Assembly: GCA_045531965.1 (NCBI GenBank)
Contig: JAZSFA010000097.1
Span: 7,935 to 71,934, forward strand
Reading direction: 5' to 3'
DNA length: 64,000 nucleotides
From: Eubacteriales bacterium
Lineage (GTDB): Bacteria; Bacillota; Clostridia; Oscillospirales; CAG-272
The notes below the pieces were generated by a model. The model was not told where the DNA came from. It saw only the letters and a list, made by a program, of their open reading frames with translations, and did no database searches. Shown one piece after another: positions 1 through 9,900 of this stretch. Each line of letters begins with the position of its first letter. Within the stretch, counting starts at the first letter, position 1. A program made the translations under genes and the position numbers.

Positions 1-65
1 AGATCGCCTTCCTTATGCTGCGGCTCTTTCTGTATTTTTTTCGATGCCAAAAGTGTCGTAAACAT
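1..65 (-). CDS. 5' end of a CDS running off the window (MFTTLLASKKIQKEPQHKEGD...)
   Basis: ATG at 65-63 preceded by AGGGAGGA; open to the window edge; extended -10 TGcTATACT at 129-121. Confidence 0.55.
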   Translation of the reverse strand, partial: MFTTLLASKKIQKEPQHKEGD

Positions 66-120
66 ATTTCCTCCCTTCTCAAATTCTCTAAAAAGAAAAA
101 TCTGCCATACTATTGCTTAC

Positions 121-197
121 AGTATAGCAGACTTTTTTAGCTTGCGGTATTACCTAAAATCACTTTTTTAGGTCTTATTTTAGCGGCATTTTGAGGT
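121..197 (-). promoter_or_regulatory. Extended -10 promoter with operator-like ACCTAAAA/TTTTAGGT repeats
   Basis: TGcTATACT (129-121); inverted repeat ACCTAAAA 152-159 / TTTTAGGT 166-173; degenerate copies 135-142, 178-185, 189-197. Confidence 0.5.
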
Positions 198-244
198 TTG
201 AAGAGATTTTTATATATCTTTTTTGGGGTATTTGGGATATATAT

Positions 245-1489
245 TTACAAAATCGCCGCAAACTCCGAACGGGGTAAACCCGATTTTTCGGATACGATTC
301 GCACAGCTTGTTTGACAACAGAAAGGGACAGATGCAGATGCTCCGCAATCTCCCGGTTGCCCATGCCAAAGGCGGCAAGCTTGGCTACCTCACGCTCCTT
401 ATTCGAAAGCGTTGTCAGAATCGTCTTTCCGCGAACCGTTCCCGAGAGTTTCGACCAGCCTTCGTTATAGAGCTTATAGAGCTTCTTAACCTCAGACCAA
501 GCGTTCTCGTCAATGAGGGACAGGCGTTTTTCCACAAGGGTATCAAGTGCGCGGCAGTATTCGGCAAGCACACCGTAGAACTTATCGGGGAGTGCCAACT
601 CGATGGCCTTGTCGATGTGGTAGATCGCGTCCTCCTCCTTACCGCAGTTGTGGTATATGGCAGCGCAGGTAAGGCGCAAATAGATCTCGGACATAATGGT
701 GCGATTCGCCCGAGCCCATGAGATCATGGGCTCTACTGAAAACGAGATCACCGACATTATGTAAAGTCCATGCGTTCCGTCCACCTTCACAAGTCCCATG
801 GCAACGGCGTAACCGAGCGCATACAGATATTTGGCGTAATACACCTTTGCCGCAGGATAGGCATCTTTGTGAATTGGCTCAAAACGGCCCTTTTTGAACC
901 ATTCCGGAAAGCTTTCCACGTTATATACCATAATATCAACGGCGCTGATCGCAAGTTGCATCACATCTCGCTCATAGTCGTTTTGGGCTGGTGCTTCAGA
1001 TATATGGATCTTGGATTTGCGCCACATTTCTATGTCGCCCTTCCAAATTGCACACTGTGCCAAAAGCATACCTGCAGAAAGAACAGCATAGAAGCCTGAG
1101 TGCTTCGAGAGCAGGTAGTTTGCGATATCGTAAACCTTGTCGATCTCACCGCGGGAGTATGCGACCTCGGCTTCAAAAAGCACCTGCGCTTCGTGATGAT
1201 ATGAAAGACTTTCTCCCACCTTATCAGCCGTTCCCGGAGTGTTGTACAAGTCGGTCATATATAGGAAAGGCGTTTTGCGGGGTAACGGCATATCCGCATC
1301 ATACTCGGCTCTTGCCACGCGTGTTCTGCCATCTAAGGGTTTCTTCGCATGCCTTGGGATCATCCAAGCACGGCCAAACTTAGTTGCTCCCTCAACAGAA
1401 CCAAGCATACACAGGTGTTGAACTTGGCGTTGCGACAAGCCCCATTGCTCCGAGGCTTCGGCTATGGTTATATAATCATTTTTGGACAT
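245..1489 (-). CDS. Transcriptional regulator: N-terminal excisionase-like HTH, helical middle, C-terminal LuxR HTH
   Basis: YITIAEASEQWGLSQRQVQHLC...GRAWMIP at the N-terminus; LSNKEREVAKLAAFGMGNREIAEHLHLS at the C-terminus; GGAGGTG RBS before ATG 1489. Confidence 0.85.
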   Translation of the reverse strand: MSKNDYITIAEASEQWGLSQRQVQHLCMLGSVEGATKFGRAWMIPRHAKKPLDGRTRVARAEYDADMPLPRKTPFLYMTDLYNTPGTADKVGESLSYHHEAQVLFEAEVAYSRGEIDKVYDIANYLLSKHSGFYAVLSAGMLLAQCAIWKGDIEMWRKSKIHISEAPAQNDYERDVMQLAISAVDIMVYNVESFPEWFKKGRFEPIHKDAYPAAKVYYAKYLYALGYAVAMGLVKVDGTHGLYIMSVISFSVEPMISWARANRTIMSEIYLRLTCAAIYHNCGKEEDAIYHIDKAIELALPDKFYGVLAEYCRALDTLVEKRLSLIDENAWSEVKKLYKLYNEGWSKLSGTVRGKTILTTLSNKEREVAKLAAFGMGNREIAEHLHLSLSVVKQAVRIVSEKSGLPRSEFAAIL

Positions 1490-1508
1490 TAAAATCACCT
1501 CCGACAAG

Positions 1509-1581
1509 TAGCGGAATTGCGCTATCAATTACATAGCGGTATTACGCTACATATTATATATCGTTTTCGCGCAATTTGCAA
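1509..1581 (-). promoter_or_regulatory. sigmaA promoter with two TAGCG-N6-CGCTA palindromes
   Basis: TTGCAA(1581-1576)-17 bp-TATAAT(1558-1553); palindromes at 1509-1524 and 1534-1549. Confidence 0.65.
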
Positions 1582-1704
1582 GAGGTTTTAGAGAAGTTTT
1601 CTGTTTTTTTACATAAAAATTTTGTCGGTCATCAAAACCGAATAGGAAACGGTGAGCGAGTTCATTCCCCAGCCACCCTTTCCTATCGTCTGTTAAAAAT
1701 ATCG

Positions 1705-2137
1705 TTATGAAATTCCATACATCAACCACAAACAGATATACGCCGGTATAATTGCCGCCAGAGTAAACGGGATACCTATTTTAAAGAAATCGATATTTTT
1801 GACGGGATACCCTTCCTTGCGAAGGATCCCAATTCCGGCAATATTCGCGGATGCACCGATGGGCGTGCAGTTACCGCCAAGTGTTGCACCCGAGAGAAGA
1901 CCAAAGTAAAGAACCGTAGGATCAATTTGCAATGCTGATGCAAGTCCCGCGATGACAGGAATCATAGTTGCAACGTTTGGTAATATCGGGCTTATTCGGA
2001 ATGAAGGAAGCGACAATCAGAAGCAAGATCGTGCCGAGAAGCAAAATCGAAGGAACGAAGTCGGTGACCTTCGTACGCTCCTTCACTTTGGGGATCGGTG
2101 CTTTTTCCTTGCGGAAAAGGAACAGCAAAATGATGAT
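1705..2137 (-). pseudogene. Two out-of-frame remnants of an ArsB/CitMHS (IT superfamily) transporter
   Basis: C-terminal motif LGGNCTPIGASANI...FFKIGIPFT (1705-1980) joined in another frame to an internal segment LFLFRKEK...FIPNKPDIT (1979-2137); no 5' end. Confidence 0.75.
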
Positions 2138-2318
2138 TGAAGACTGCCGCCATCAGGATCGCGGCTTTTGCCGGCATACATCTAGTCACGACACAGGTGG
2201 CAATGGCGTTGGGCGCGTCTGTCCAACCGTTTACCAAAATCACACCGAGCGTTAGTGTTACGGCGACAAACAACAATGGATTCGCCGTCATCTGTCCCCA
2301 AAACTCTAAAAATTCCAT
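2136..2318 (-). pseudogene. pit: N-terminal 61 codons of a Pit-family inorganic phosphate transporter
   Basis: VNGWTDAPNAIATCVVTRCM...AVFN matches the PHO4/Pit N-terminal signature; RBS and start intact; homology stops at about 2136. Confidence 0.8.
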
Positions 2319-2423
2319 AGAGTCATCCTTTCCTTTGTTGGTTCATAAGTATCGTTTTCAAGCAAACAAACCGAACTTATCCTATTTTAAGACATTTTAT
2401 CACATAGTTGGCAAAGGCACAGC

Positions 2424-2461
2424 AAAGAAGGGGCAAACCGCTTTGGTTTGTCCCTTCTTTT
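2424..2461. terminator. Intrinsic terminator-like hairpin
   Basis: AAAGAAGGGGCAAACC-gcttt-GGTTTGTCCCTTCTTT. Confidence 0.6.
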
Positions 2462-2474
2462 ATTGATAGCATCT

Positions 2475-2645
2475 TTATTTATCGCCGTTCATTCGGTATC
2501 CAACGCCAAGCTCGTTTGAGATATAGTTGCTCTCCACCGGTCTCGCTCCGAATTTCTTTCGGATATTTGCCATATTCACCTGCAGTTTTTTGATGCTCGC
2601 GTCGTCGGAGTATTCCCGCCAAACCGCTTTGATGATCTTAGCGTA
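2475..2645 (-). pseudogene. C-terminal winged-helix remnant of a KdpE/OmpR-type response regulator
   Basis: IIKAVW...KLQVNMANIRKK...YISNELGVGYRM; receiver domain absent. Confidence 0.75.
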
Positions 2646-2714
2646 TTCCGCAATTCTCAGACAAAAACGCCACAATATCGGCTCATATGATTTTTTTACT
2701 TTACTTGCCGAGGT

Positions 2715-5597
2715 TTACTCCTCGTCAGTCTGCTCGGGCACACCGCCCGTCAAAGCACAGGGGATGCGATCAAAGGCATCCAGCTCGGCAAATCCCACGT
2801 CTGTGGCGGTCTTTTCAATACGGAGGGTGTGAGTGCCCTTTTCGAGGGTAAGGTGGATGTCGGCGTAGATATCTTCGCTGAAATTCCCCCAACCCAGAGA
2901 TTTACCGTTCTCGTTGTAGCGCAAGACACCCCGCTTTACACCATCCACATAGATAGTGTGGGTGGCGAGACCCATGGGAGCGGCGTAGTAGAAACGGAGG
3001 GTATAGTCTCCATCCTCACCGATGACCAAATTGTTGAAGGTCAGAGAAGAACCCACCTCGTCAATGCCGGCTATGTGGGATCCGGTAGTGTAGGCAGAAC
3101 CCGTCAGTTTGGCCTTCTCTGCCTCATAGCGAACGATACCGTTGTCGTGGATCACCACCGACAAAGAAATCGTCAGTTCCGCCGGAATGGCAGAGCCGTC
3201 CTCGGTTGTAAAGCAAACGCGGTTGTGGCGGTCTGTGCCCAGAAGTTTGGTGTCCAATGTAACGATACCCGAACCCTTTATCAAGGTGACCGTACCCGCA
3301 TCCTTGCGGTTGATCTCCACCTTGAGGATCAGATCGTCAGGGGTCTCATAAGCCATGCTCACGGTGTAGGAAAACTGGGTGGCACCTGTCGCCGCGCCCT
3401 GCGCCTCCAGAGGCACAATCACCGAGGGGAACAGAAGCGTGCTTTCATCGGGGCGTTCGCACTCGGGAGCCTGCGCTTCTCCCGTCCAAGGCATCAGGGT
3501 AATCCGCAGGCGGGTGTAAGCATAGGGCACCAGTCGCACCGTGACGCTCTCCGCCATCAGGCGGTCAGAAGCCACAGGAGAAACGGGGGTATCCCCTGCG
3601 ATTTCCAGGGCGGTGTTCAGCGTCCAATCCTTGACGGCTCTTGCCTTGGCCTCCAGCACCAGGGGAACATCCGAGAGTTGATAGCGCATCTCATCGGTGA
3701 TGGGGTTGCGAATGACCGTGAAATTGGAGGCTACGTCGTCGAAATTAAAGTTCTCCAGCGCGTAGTTCCAATCTGTGGTGGGGGTGATATCGTAGGACGG
3801 GTATTCTCGTACAGATCGCCAGTTGTGGGGATTGTAACGAGTCTTCTTCCATTCTTCACCGATCTCAAGGGCGAATAGGACGGCACCTCTGCGAATGCTG
3901 ACACTGTTGTTGTCGGTGAGGGTGGCGGTGATCTCCGCGGGGAATGTCAAGGTGATAACGTCTCCGTCTTCCCACGCGGCGGTGAGGGCGGCGTACTCAC
4001 CCGCGATCAGTTCGCTCTCAATGGGGTGACCGTTAACCGTAACAGAGGGATTTTCACACCACTCGGGCACACGGATGTAAAGGGGGTAGGTATCGGTCTT
4101 ATCAGCAGAGAGGGTCAGGGTGACCGTATCCTCATAAGGATAGTTGGTGGTCTGAGTGATCGTCAGCTTGGTGCCGCTGCCCACCGTGGCGGAAACGGTA
4201 TTGGGACCGTAGGCGCCCACGGCAAGACCGCCGTCAGAGGTGCCCATCCACATGGAGGCAATGAACAGGGGCCAACCCATCTGGTAATTGTGAACACAGC
4301 AGGGGAAGCCGCCGGGGAGTCCGTAGACCGAGCGGTTGCCGCCCTCACTGGTAAAGCCGTGAACACCCAGATTGGCCATGACCTGATTCTGCATGGTGAA
4401 ATAGACCTGCCCCTTGCCGTCGGGAAGGAGCTGCTGAGGCAGGGCGTTGTAGGTAATCTCCTCCAGATGGTCAGCGATGGTCGCGTCACGTAGCAAATAA
4501 AGAGCAATCTCGTCACAGAGCATGCGCTCCACCACGGCACAGGTTTCGCTACCGTATACACCGTCGATCCCACGGCTCATCTCGTCACCGTTGGACATAC
4601 CGTCCTGCCGTCCCGATGCCATGTAGATGTTCTCGATACCTTCGTAGTAGACGTCAAGATAATGCTCGTCTCCCGTGATGGCGTACATGACAGGAAAAAG
4701 CTTGAAGCTTTGTTGGGCATTGACAATGTGATAAGTACCCATCCACGCTTCCTCGTCATAGACCTGTTCCCAATCGAAGGTCTGCTTATAAAGCTCCTCG
4801 CAGAGGTCAAGCAAAGACTCATCCCCTGTCTTTTCATAGAGCCACAGCACCGCGAAGATGTTGTCTCCGCCGCGGACTCTCGCCCAAGAAGTCAGCTTTT
4901 TGGTCTTCAGTGCCTCGACCTCCCATGCGAAGTAATTTTGCAGGAAAGGGATGACCCGCTCATCTCCCGTGGCATCGTGGTACAGCTCCAGCGCCATGAG
5001 CATAGGCATCAGCGGCCAGTAATCCAGCTTTTCGGTGTCGTTTGCATAAGGGCCAAAGGCGCCGCTCTCCACCTGACTTTGAAGGGTCCAGTCGATCCAC
5101 TTTTGCGCCTGGGCTTTCATATCCTCGTCATCCAAGACGTAGGCGGAGGCGATGAGACCGCGGGTGTAGTAGGTGCCCCGCTCCCAGCTCTCGCCTGTAC
5201 CGCCCAGCCAACCCGAACGGTCAGCACCCTCGGATTTGCAGTCAGGGGAAAGTTTTTCAAATTGCTTCGTGACCTGTTCTGCTTGGAGGAGCAGTTGGTT
5301 TCTTAGCCAGCTCGTGGCCTTGACCTGCCCCAGAGAAAGAGGTGAAAATTTCATGTTGTCTACAACTCCTTTCGTTGTTAGAAGGACATCCCGCGGATCT
5401 CCGAGCAAGGAGGGAGACTCAGTCTCGACCTCGGTTTCGGTCTCGGGTCCTGCGGACTCGGTTGTGGTTGCTTCTGCTTCAGTTTCACGGAGTTGCGCGG
5501 TGGTTTCACTCTGCGTTCCGCCCCCTGTGCAGGCGGTAGCCGTCAGCATAGACAGGGAGATGAGCAAGCAGAGTATACGTGAAAGCGGTTTGTACAT
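2715..5597 (-). CDS. Lipoprotein, GH127/GH146-like beta-L-arabinofuranosidase with C-terminal CBM6/CBM35-like module
   Basis: Lipobox TATAC, T/E-rich linker; SETC and FPCC motifs; TNYPY...LYIRVPEW...W.DGD beta-domain; RYEAEKA...GFAELD CBM-like end; AGGAGG RBS. Confidence 0.85.
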   Translation of the reverse strand: MYKPLSRILCLLISLSMLTATACTGGGTQSETTAQLRETEAEATTTESAGPETETEVETESPSLLGDPRDVLLTTKGVVDNMKFSPLSLGQVKATSWLRNQLLLQAEQVTKQFEKLSPDCKSEGADRSGWLGGTGESWERGTYYTRGLIASAYVLDDEDMKAQAQKWIDWTLQSQVESGAFGPYANDTEKLDYWPLMPMLMALELYHDATGDERVIPFLQNYFAWEVEALKTKKLTSWARVRGGDNIFAVLWLYEKTGDESLLDLCEELYKQTFDWEQVYDEEAWMGTYHIVNAQQSFKLFPVMYAITGDEHYLDVYYEGIENIYMASGRQDGMSNGDEMSRGIDGVYGSETCAVVERMLCDEIALYLLRDATIADHLEEITYNALPQQLLPDGKGQVYFTMQNQVMANLGVHGFTSEGGNRSVYGLPGGFPCCVHNYQMGWPLFIASMWMGTSDGGLAVGAYGPNTVSATVGSGTKLTITQTTNYPYEDTVTLTLSADKTDTYPLYIRVPEWCENPSVTVNGHPIESELIAGEYAALTAAWEDGDVITLTFPAEITATLTDNNSVSIRRGAVLFALEIGEEWKKTRYNPHNWRSVREYPSYDITPTTDWNYALENFNFDDVASNFTVIRNPITDEMRYQLSDVPLVLEAKARAVKDWTLNTALEIAGDTPVSPVASDRLMAESVTVRLVPYAYTRLRITLMPWTGEAQAPECERPDESTLLFPSVIVPLEAQGAATGATQFSYTVSMAYETPDDLILKVEINRKDAGTVTLIKGSGIVTLDTKLLGTDRHNRVCFTTEDGSAIPAELTISLSVVIHDNGIVRYEAEKAKLTGSAYTTGSHIAGIDEVGSSLTFNNLVIGEDGDYTLRFYYAAPMGLATHTIYVDGVKRGVLRYNENGKSLGWGNFSEDIYADIHLTLEKGTHTLRIEKTATDVGFAELDAFDRIPCALTGGVPEQTDEE

Positions 5598-5674
5598 AAC
5601 AGTCCCTCCTTTCTTTTCACCTTAATTTTATCACAGATGAAAGCAAAATAAAAGGAATATTATTGTCAAAAACC

Positions 5675-5703
5675 TTGCAAAAATCAAACTGATGTAGTAT
5701 AAT
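5675..5703 (+). promoter_or_regulatory. sigmaA promoter of the AraC gene
   Basis: TTGCAA-17 bp-TATAAT. Confidence 0.65.
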
Positions 5704-5733
5704 AAAGTTATAGTCCAAGAGGAGGTGACCACA

Positions 5734-6516
5734 ATGCCCATCGGTATTTCCATGCAAACCGTTCCTACCTACCGCCTGTCCGCCTTCCGAAAATTCCTGC
5801 CGAACGAGCGACACATCACCCGTGTGGAATCCAGCGACATCCTGCTTCTGATGCTGGATGGTGTGCTTCGCTTCACCGAGGACGGTGTGCCCGTAGAGCT
5901 TACACGTGGAGAATATTATATCCAACAGAGCGGACTTTTTCAGGATGCCCCCGAGGTTAGCGACAGTCCCTACTATTTCTATCTGCATTTCGGAGACTGC
6001 CTTTGGCGTGATGAATCCCCTTCTCTCCCCCGCCGGGGCATATTTGATCCCGACACTCTCCTGCCTCTTTTGAGAGAGTTGAATGATGCAGAAAACGAGG
6101 ATGCTCCTAAAATCGTAAAGAATGGGTTACTCTGCACCGTCCTGTCTCGTCTGTATCGGGAGCAAATCCGCAGCGAGCGGGATGCGTTGGTGGATCACAT
6201 AGCACGGCGCCTAACCCGTGATCTTCAAAATCCTCCCTCTTTGGCTGAGTTGGCCGCGGACTTCCATTTCAGCGAAAATTATCTCATTCGGATTTTTCGG
6301 GATGCCATGGGAACCACACCCCACGCCTACGTGGGCGCAGCGCGCATCCGCAAAGCCAAGCTGCTTTTGTCAACCAGCAACATCACCGCCGACCGCGTGG
6401 CATACGAGTGCGGGTTTACGGATTACGCCCATTTTTATCGGATGTTCAAAAGAGAGACCGGGAGCTCACCCAAAGGATACCGGAAAGAAATGTTTTCGAG
6501 GAAAGGTGAGATTTGA
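5734..6516 (+). CDS. AraC-family transcriptional regulator
   Basis: SLAELAADFHFSENYLIRIF...CGFTDYAHFYRMFKRETGSSPKGYR; GGAGGTG RBS favours ATG 5734; divergent from the GH127-like gene. Confidence 0.92.
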   Translation: MPIGISMQTVPTYRLSAFRKFLPNERHITRVESSDILLLMLDGVLRFTEDGVPVELTRGEYYIQQSGLFQDAPEVSDSPYYFYLHFGDCLWRDESPSLPRRGIFDPDTLLPLLRELNDAENEDAPKIVKNGLLCTVLSRLYREQIRSERDALVDHIARRLTRDLQNPPSLAELAADFHFSENYLIRIFRDAMGTTPHAYVGAARIRKAKLLLSTSNITADRVAYECGFTDYAHFYRMFKRETGSSPKGYRKEMFSRKGEI

Positions 6517-6693
6517 CAAAATCCAAAACAACTGTTTGGACAATAGATATTCTGCTTTTCTGCAACCTTCCCTCCGGGCGAACACCACGTTTCGACCCAA
6601 AAATTCGCATCATTTCTCGTGGAATATGAGTTCATAAGCCGCGCCAGAGATCTCGAAAGGTATTCCTCATGTAAAAAGCTACTTCCATCAAAT

Positions 6694-6726
6694 AAAAAAA
6701 GAGCCGTAGGCTAATGCCTACGGCTC
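6694..6726 (-). terminator. Rho-independent terminator for the giant-protein/small-peptide transcript
   Basis: GAGCCGTAGGC-4 nt-GCCTACGGCTC stem with T7 tract on the minus strand. Confidence 0.85.
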
Positions 6727-6745
6727 AATTATTATATCCTCTACA

Positions 6746-6886
6746 CTATTTGAAAAAACCTGTCAGATCCTGTTCTTCCCCCAAGAAAGGATTAGGAGCG
6801 CCTTCGCTTGCGGTCACCACATCCTGTACCTCCAAAACGAGGATCTCGATCTTGGGTTCTTCATAAAAATTCAGTTTCTTTTTCAT
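6746..6886 (-). CDS. Unannotated 46-aa peptide MKKKLNFYEEPKIEILVLEVQDVVTASEGAPNPFLGEEQDLTGFFK
   Basis: AAAGGAG RBS 7 nt before ATG; lies between the giant gene's stop and its terminator. Confidence 0.8.
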   Translation of the reverse strand: MKKKLNFYEEPKIEILVLEVQDVVTASEGAPNPFLGEEQDLTGFFK

Positions 6887-6914
6887 GGTCGTTCTCCTTT
6901 CGTTTCAGTGGTGA

Positions 6915-9900
6915 TCAAGCCGTGAGACCGGTCTTGTACGCCTCGGCGGACTTGCCGTAAGTGTACAAAGCGTTAGCCAATGCAGCCATCTTTTCGTTTT
7001 GGCTGTCCTTCATGGCAAAGACGTAGGACTTAACGCTATAGGTGAGGGTTTGGACAAGTGTGCCGTTTTCGTACAGCTCGAAGGTATAAACGGCATCAAA
7101 GTCCGTGGCATAAATGGCATCAGTCATGTAGATATTTCCCTCTTGGGTGAAATCCACAGTCTGATCGCCGCTCTTGACCACCAGCGTAACGTTTTCTGCA
7201 TCGGTGACCTTGACGTAGATCTTGTTGTTGTAGTCGAACCACACGCCCACGGAGGTAAAACCAACGGTCTGGCTTGTGCTCTGAGTGATCGTCATACCGC
7301 TCTCGGTAGGCGTAGCAGTAGAGGCTGTCAAAATACCTTCCGCACTATTGACAAGGGCATCTGCTTTGTAGTTCGTGTAGGTCTGTGCCGCCGCGCCGTA
7401 GTGGAGCATATCGCTGACCAGCTGCTTCAATTCATCCGTGCTTGTTTCGTCTGTCAGCAGAGACTCTGCATACGCCTTGATACTGTAGCCCGTCTTCTCT
7501 GCCAGCGTCTCGCCGTTCAGCTTGAGGACCGCATCAATGGTGTCGCCCATGGTCTGAGGAGGCAACTGGTTGAAGGTAAAGACGTAGATCTTCTTTTCGG
7601 CATCGAACAGCGTGCCCTTGACCTCGGCGGTCTTGCCGTTGGACATGGTGAAGTACATCACGGCATCCTTGTAGTCGTCGCTCATGGAGACATAGTAGTT
7701 CATGGCAAGGTCAGTACCGACGGTGAGCGTAGCACCCATGATCTCGGCGTGACTCGAAGCCTTGATGACCACGTCGCCGCCGGTGATTTCGGTTGCGTAA
7801 TCGTCGGGAACGATCATCTCCTCGCCCTGCCAGTAGGCCGCGCCCTCGCCAAGGATCTCATGGAGGGTGATGCTATAATTGACACTGATACCGTCGGGGA
7901 AAGTGGCACCCACGCCATTTTCGTCCGTCGTCAGGGTGATGGTGGAAGAACTGCTGTAGAGATCATTGTAATCGCCGCTGATCGAGCCACCGCTGATGGT
8001 CACCAGGCTACTGCTTCCGGCACGCACAGCGTAGCGGTCGCCGCTGAAGGTGCCGCCGCTGATGGTCACGGTGCTGTTATAAGCATACACACCGTAATAA
8101 CCGCTGATGTTGCCACCGCTGATGGTTAAGTTACTGTTAGTCGCATATACGCCGTCATCACCGTTGACGGTGCCACCGCTGATGATCACGGAGCCTCCCA
8201 AAGCGTACACGCCGTAATAACCACTGATATTGCCGTCGGCAATCGTCAGCTTGCCATTAAAGATTATGATGCCTGAATTGTTGCCTGTGATCTTACTGCT
8301 CTCGCCGAGGCCTCGGATGGTAACGTCGACGGAAGATCCGCTGATATACACGGTACCCATACTGGCAATGGTACTGCTGATCTCATGGCCGTTCAGGTCA
8401 ATGGTAAACACGCCGGAATAGATGGTCAGATAGCTGTTGCCCAGAGCAACGTCCTTTTGGAGGGTCACCACGGCCTCGTCGTCAGCGGTGCAAGATCTCG
8501 CCACCCGAATGGCATCGTCTATGGAGGTGTACGCGCCGACGATCTCGCCGTTCTTGCTGACCGTCGCCACTGCGTCGGAAACGATGACACCGCAGGGGCA
8601 GTAGCCGTTATCGTCCAAATGCTCCTCGGCCTCGTTCAACGTCATGCCGCAGGTAGAGCAGACGACCTTGTGATACGTCTCGTCCACGTAGGTATATTCC
8701 CTCTCACCAACGTGGCTGTAACGGCTTGTGTACTGCGCCGTGTAAGTCGTATCACCGTAGACGTAATCGATCTCCTGATCCCAGCCTGTGAAGGTGTAGC
8801 TGATACATCCGTCTGCTTCCTTACCGGTATTGCCCGTGAAGTAAGGCCAATCGCCATACTCATAGGTTTCCTCAAATCGGCTGTCGCCTACGATCCAGGT
8901 AACCGTGAAGGTCTTGTAATTCCAGTAGGCGTAGAAGTTCAGATCGGAGGTCACAGCCGTGCCGTCCTCCAGAGGATTGCCGTACCGATCGTGCCAGCCG
9001 CCCCAGACGTACATATCGCCGGGAGAATCGGGAATGGCCAGGTCGGCAATACGCAGGATGCTGCCGTAGGGATATTCCACCTCCCACAGGATGTCGTAGC
9101 TGTAACAGAATGTCACGACGAAGGTTTCCACGTCGCCGCAAACGCAAACGTGATCCACATTGTTGTAGTCGTGTTCTCTGTATGCGTAATCCAGCAGGTC
9201 ACAGCAGGCATAGTCCACGCTGTGGGTGTCGCCGTGATTGGTGTAGACGGGGGCGGAGTGACCGTACGCGCTGATCCAGACGGCATTGGGATCCGTGATT
9301 TCCACGGCGCCCTCCGCATCCTCGAACAATCGGTCGCAGCCCGAGCAAGCATAATGGGGGATGTTGCCGTAAGTGGCGCAGGTGGCTTCTCTTGCGGGGA
9401 TCAGAACCAAAGAATGAACGTGGGACTCGGCAAACAGGACCTTCAGTTCCAGAGCCTCGGAGTAGGTCTTGCCATCCTCCAGATGCACGATCCTGTATGT
9501 TTTTTCCTCCGCACGGACGGGCAGTTCAAAAATCGTGTAATCCTCGCACTTCCAGGGATCCTCGTCTGTGTCCATGGCAGAATAACCGATCTGTCCCGAG
9601 CCGATGCCGTTCATCATGAGCTGGCTGCCTTCAAGAAGTGTCAGAACGCCGCTCTCGGAAATCTGGACGGAGCCGTAAGTTCCGTCAGGATCGATCACCG
9701 TGACTGTGGGCATATTGGACTGATTCGTTTCGTGTTGGTTGAGAGAGTTGATGCGCTTGGTTTCGACGGTGACCTTCACAGAGGCATCGGAATCGTCAGG
9801 GCAGATCTCAATTACCGTAAAGCCGATATCCTTGCCCTCCACTTCGAAGGTGAAATAACCGTTACGGTCGGTGAATACGATCTCATTCAAAAGGTCAGCG

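Noticed and set aside
2408-2461. c-di-GMP-I riboswitch (GGCAAACC)
   Set aside because: Lacks the GAAA tetraloop, GACGCAAA junction and second stem; fits a simple terminator
6746-6886. Canonical lasso peptide precursor
   Set aside because: No Asp/Glu at core positions 7-9 and no lasso B/C genes nearby; kept only as a leader-like peptide
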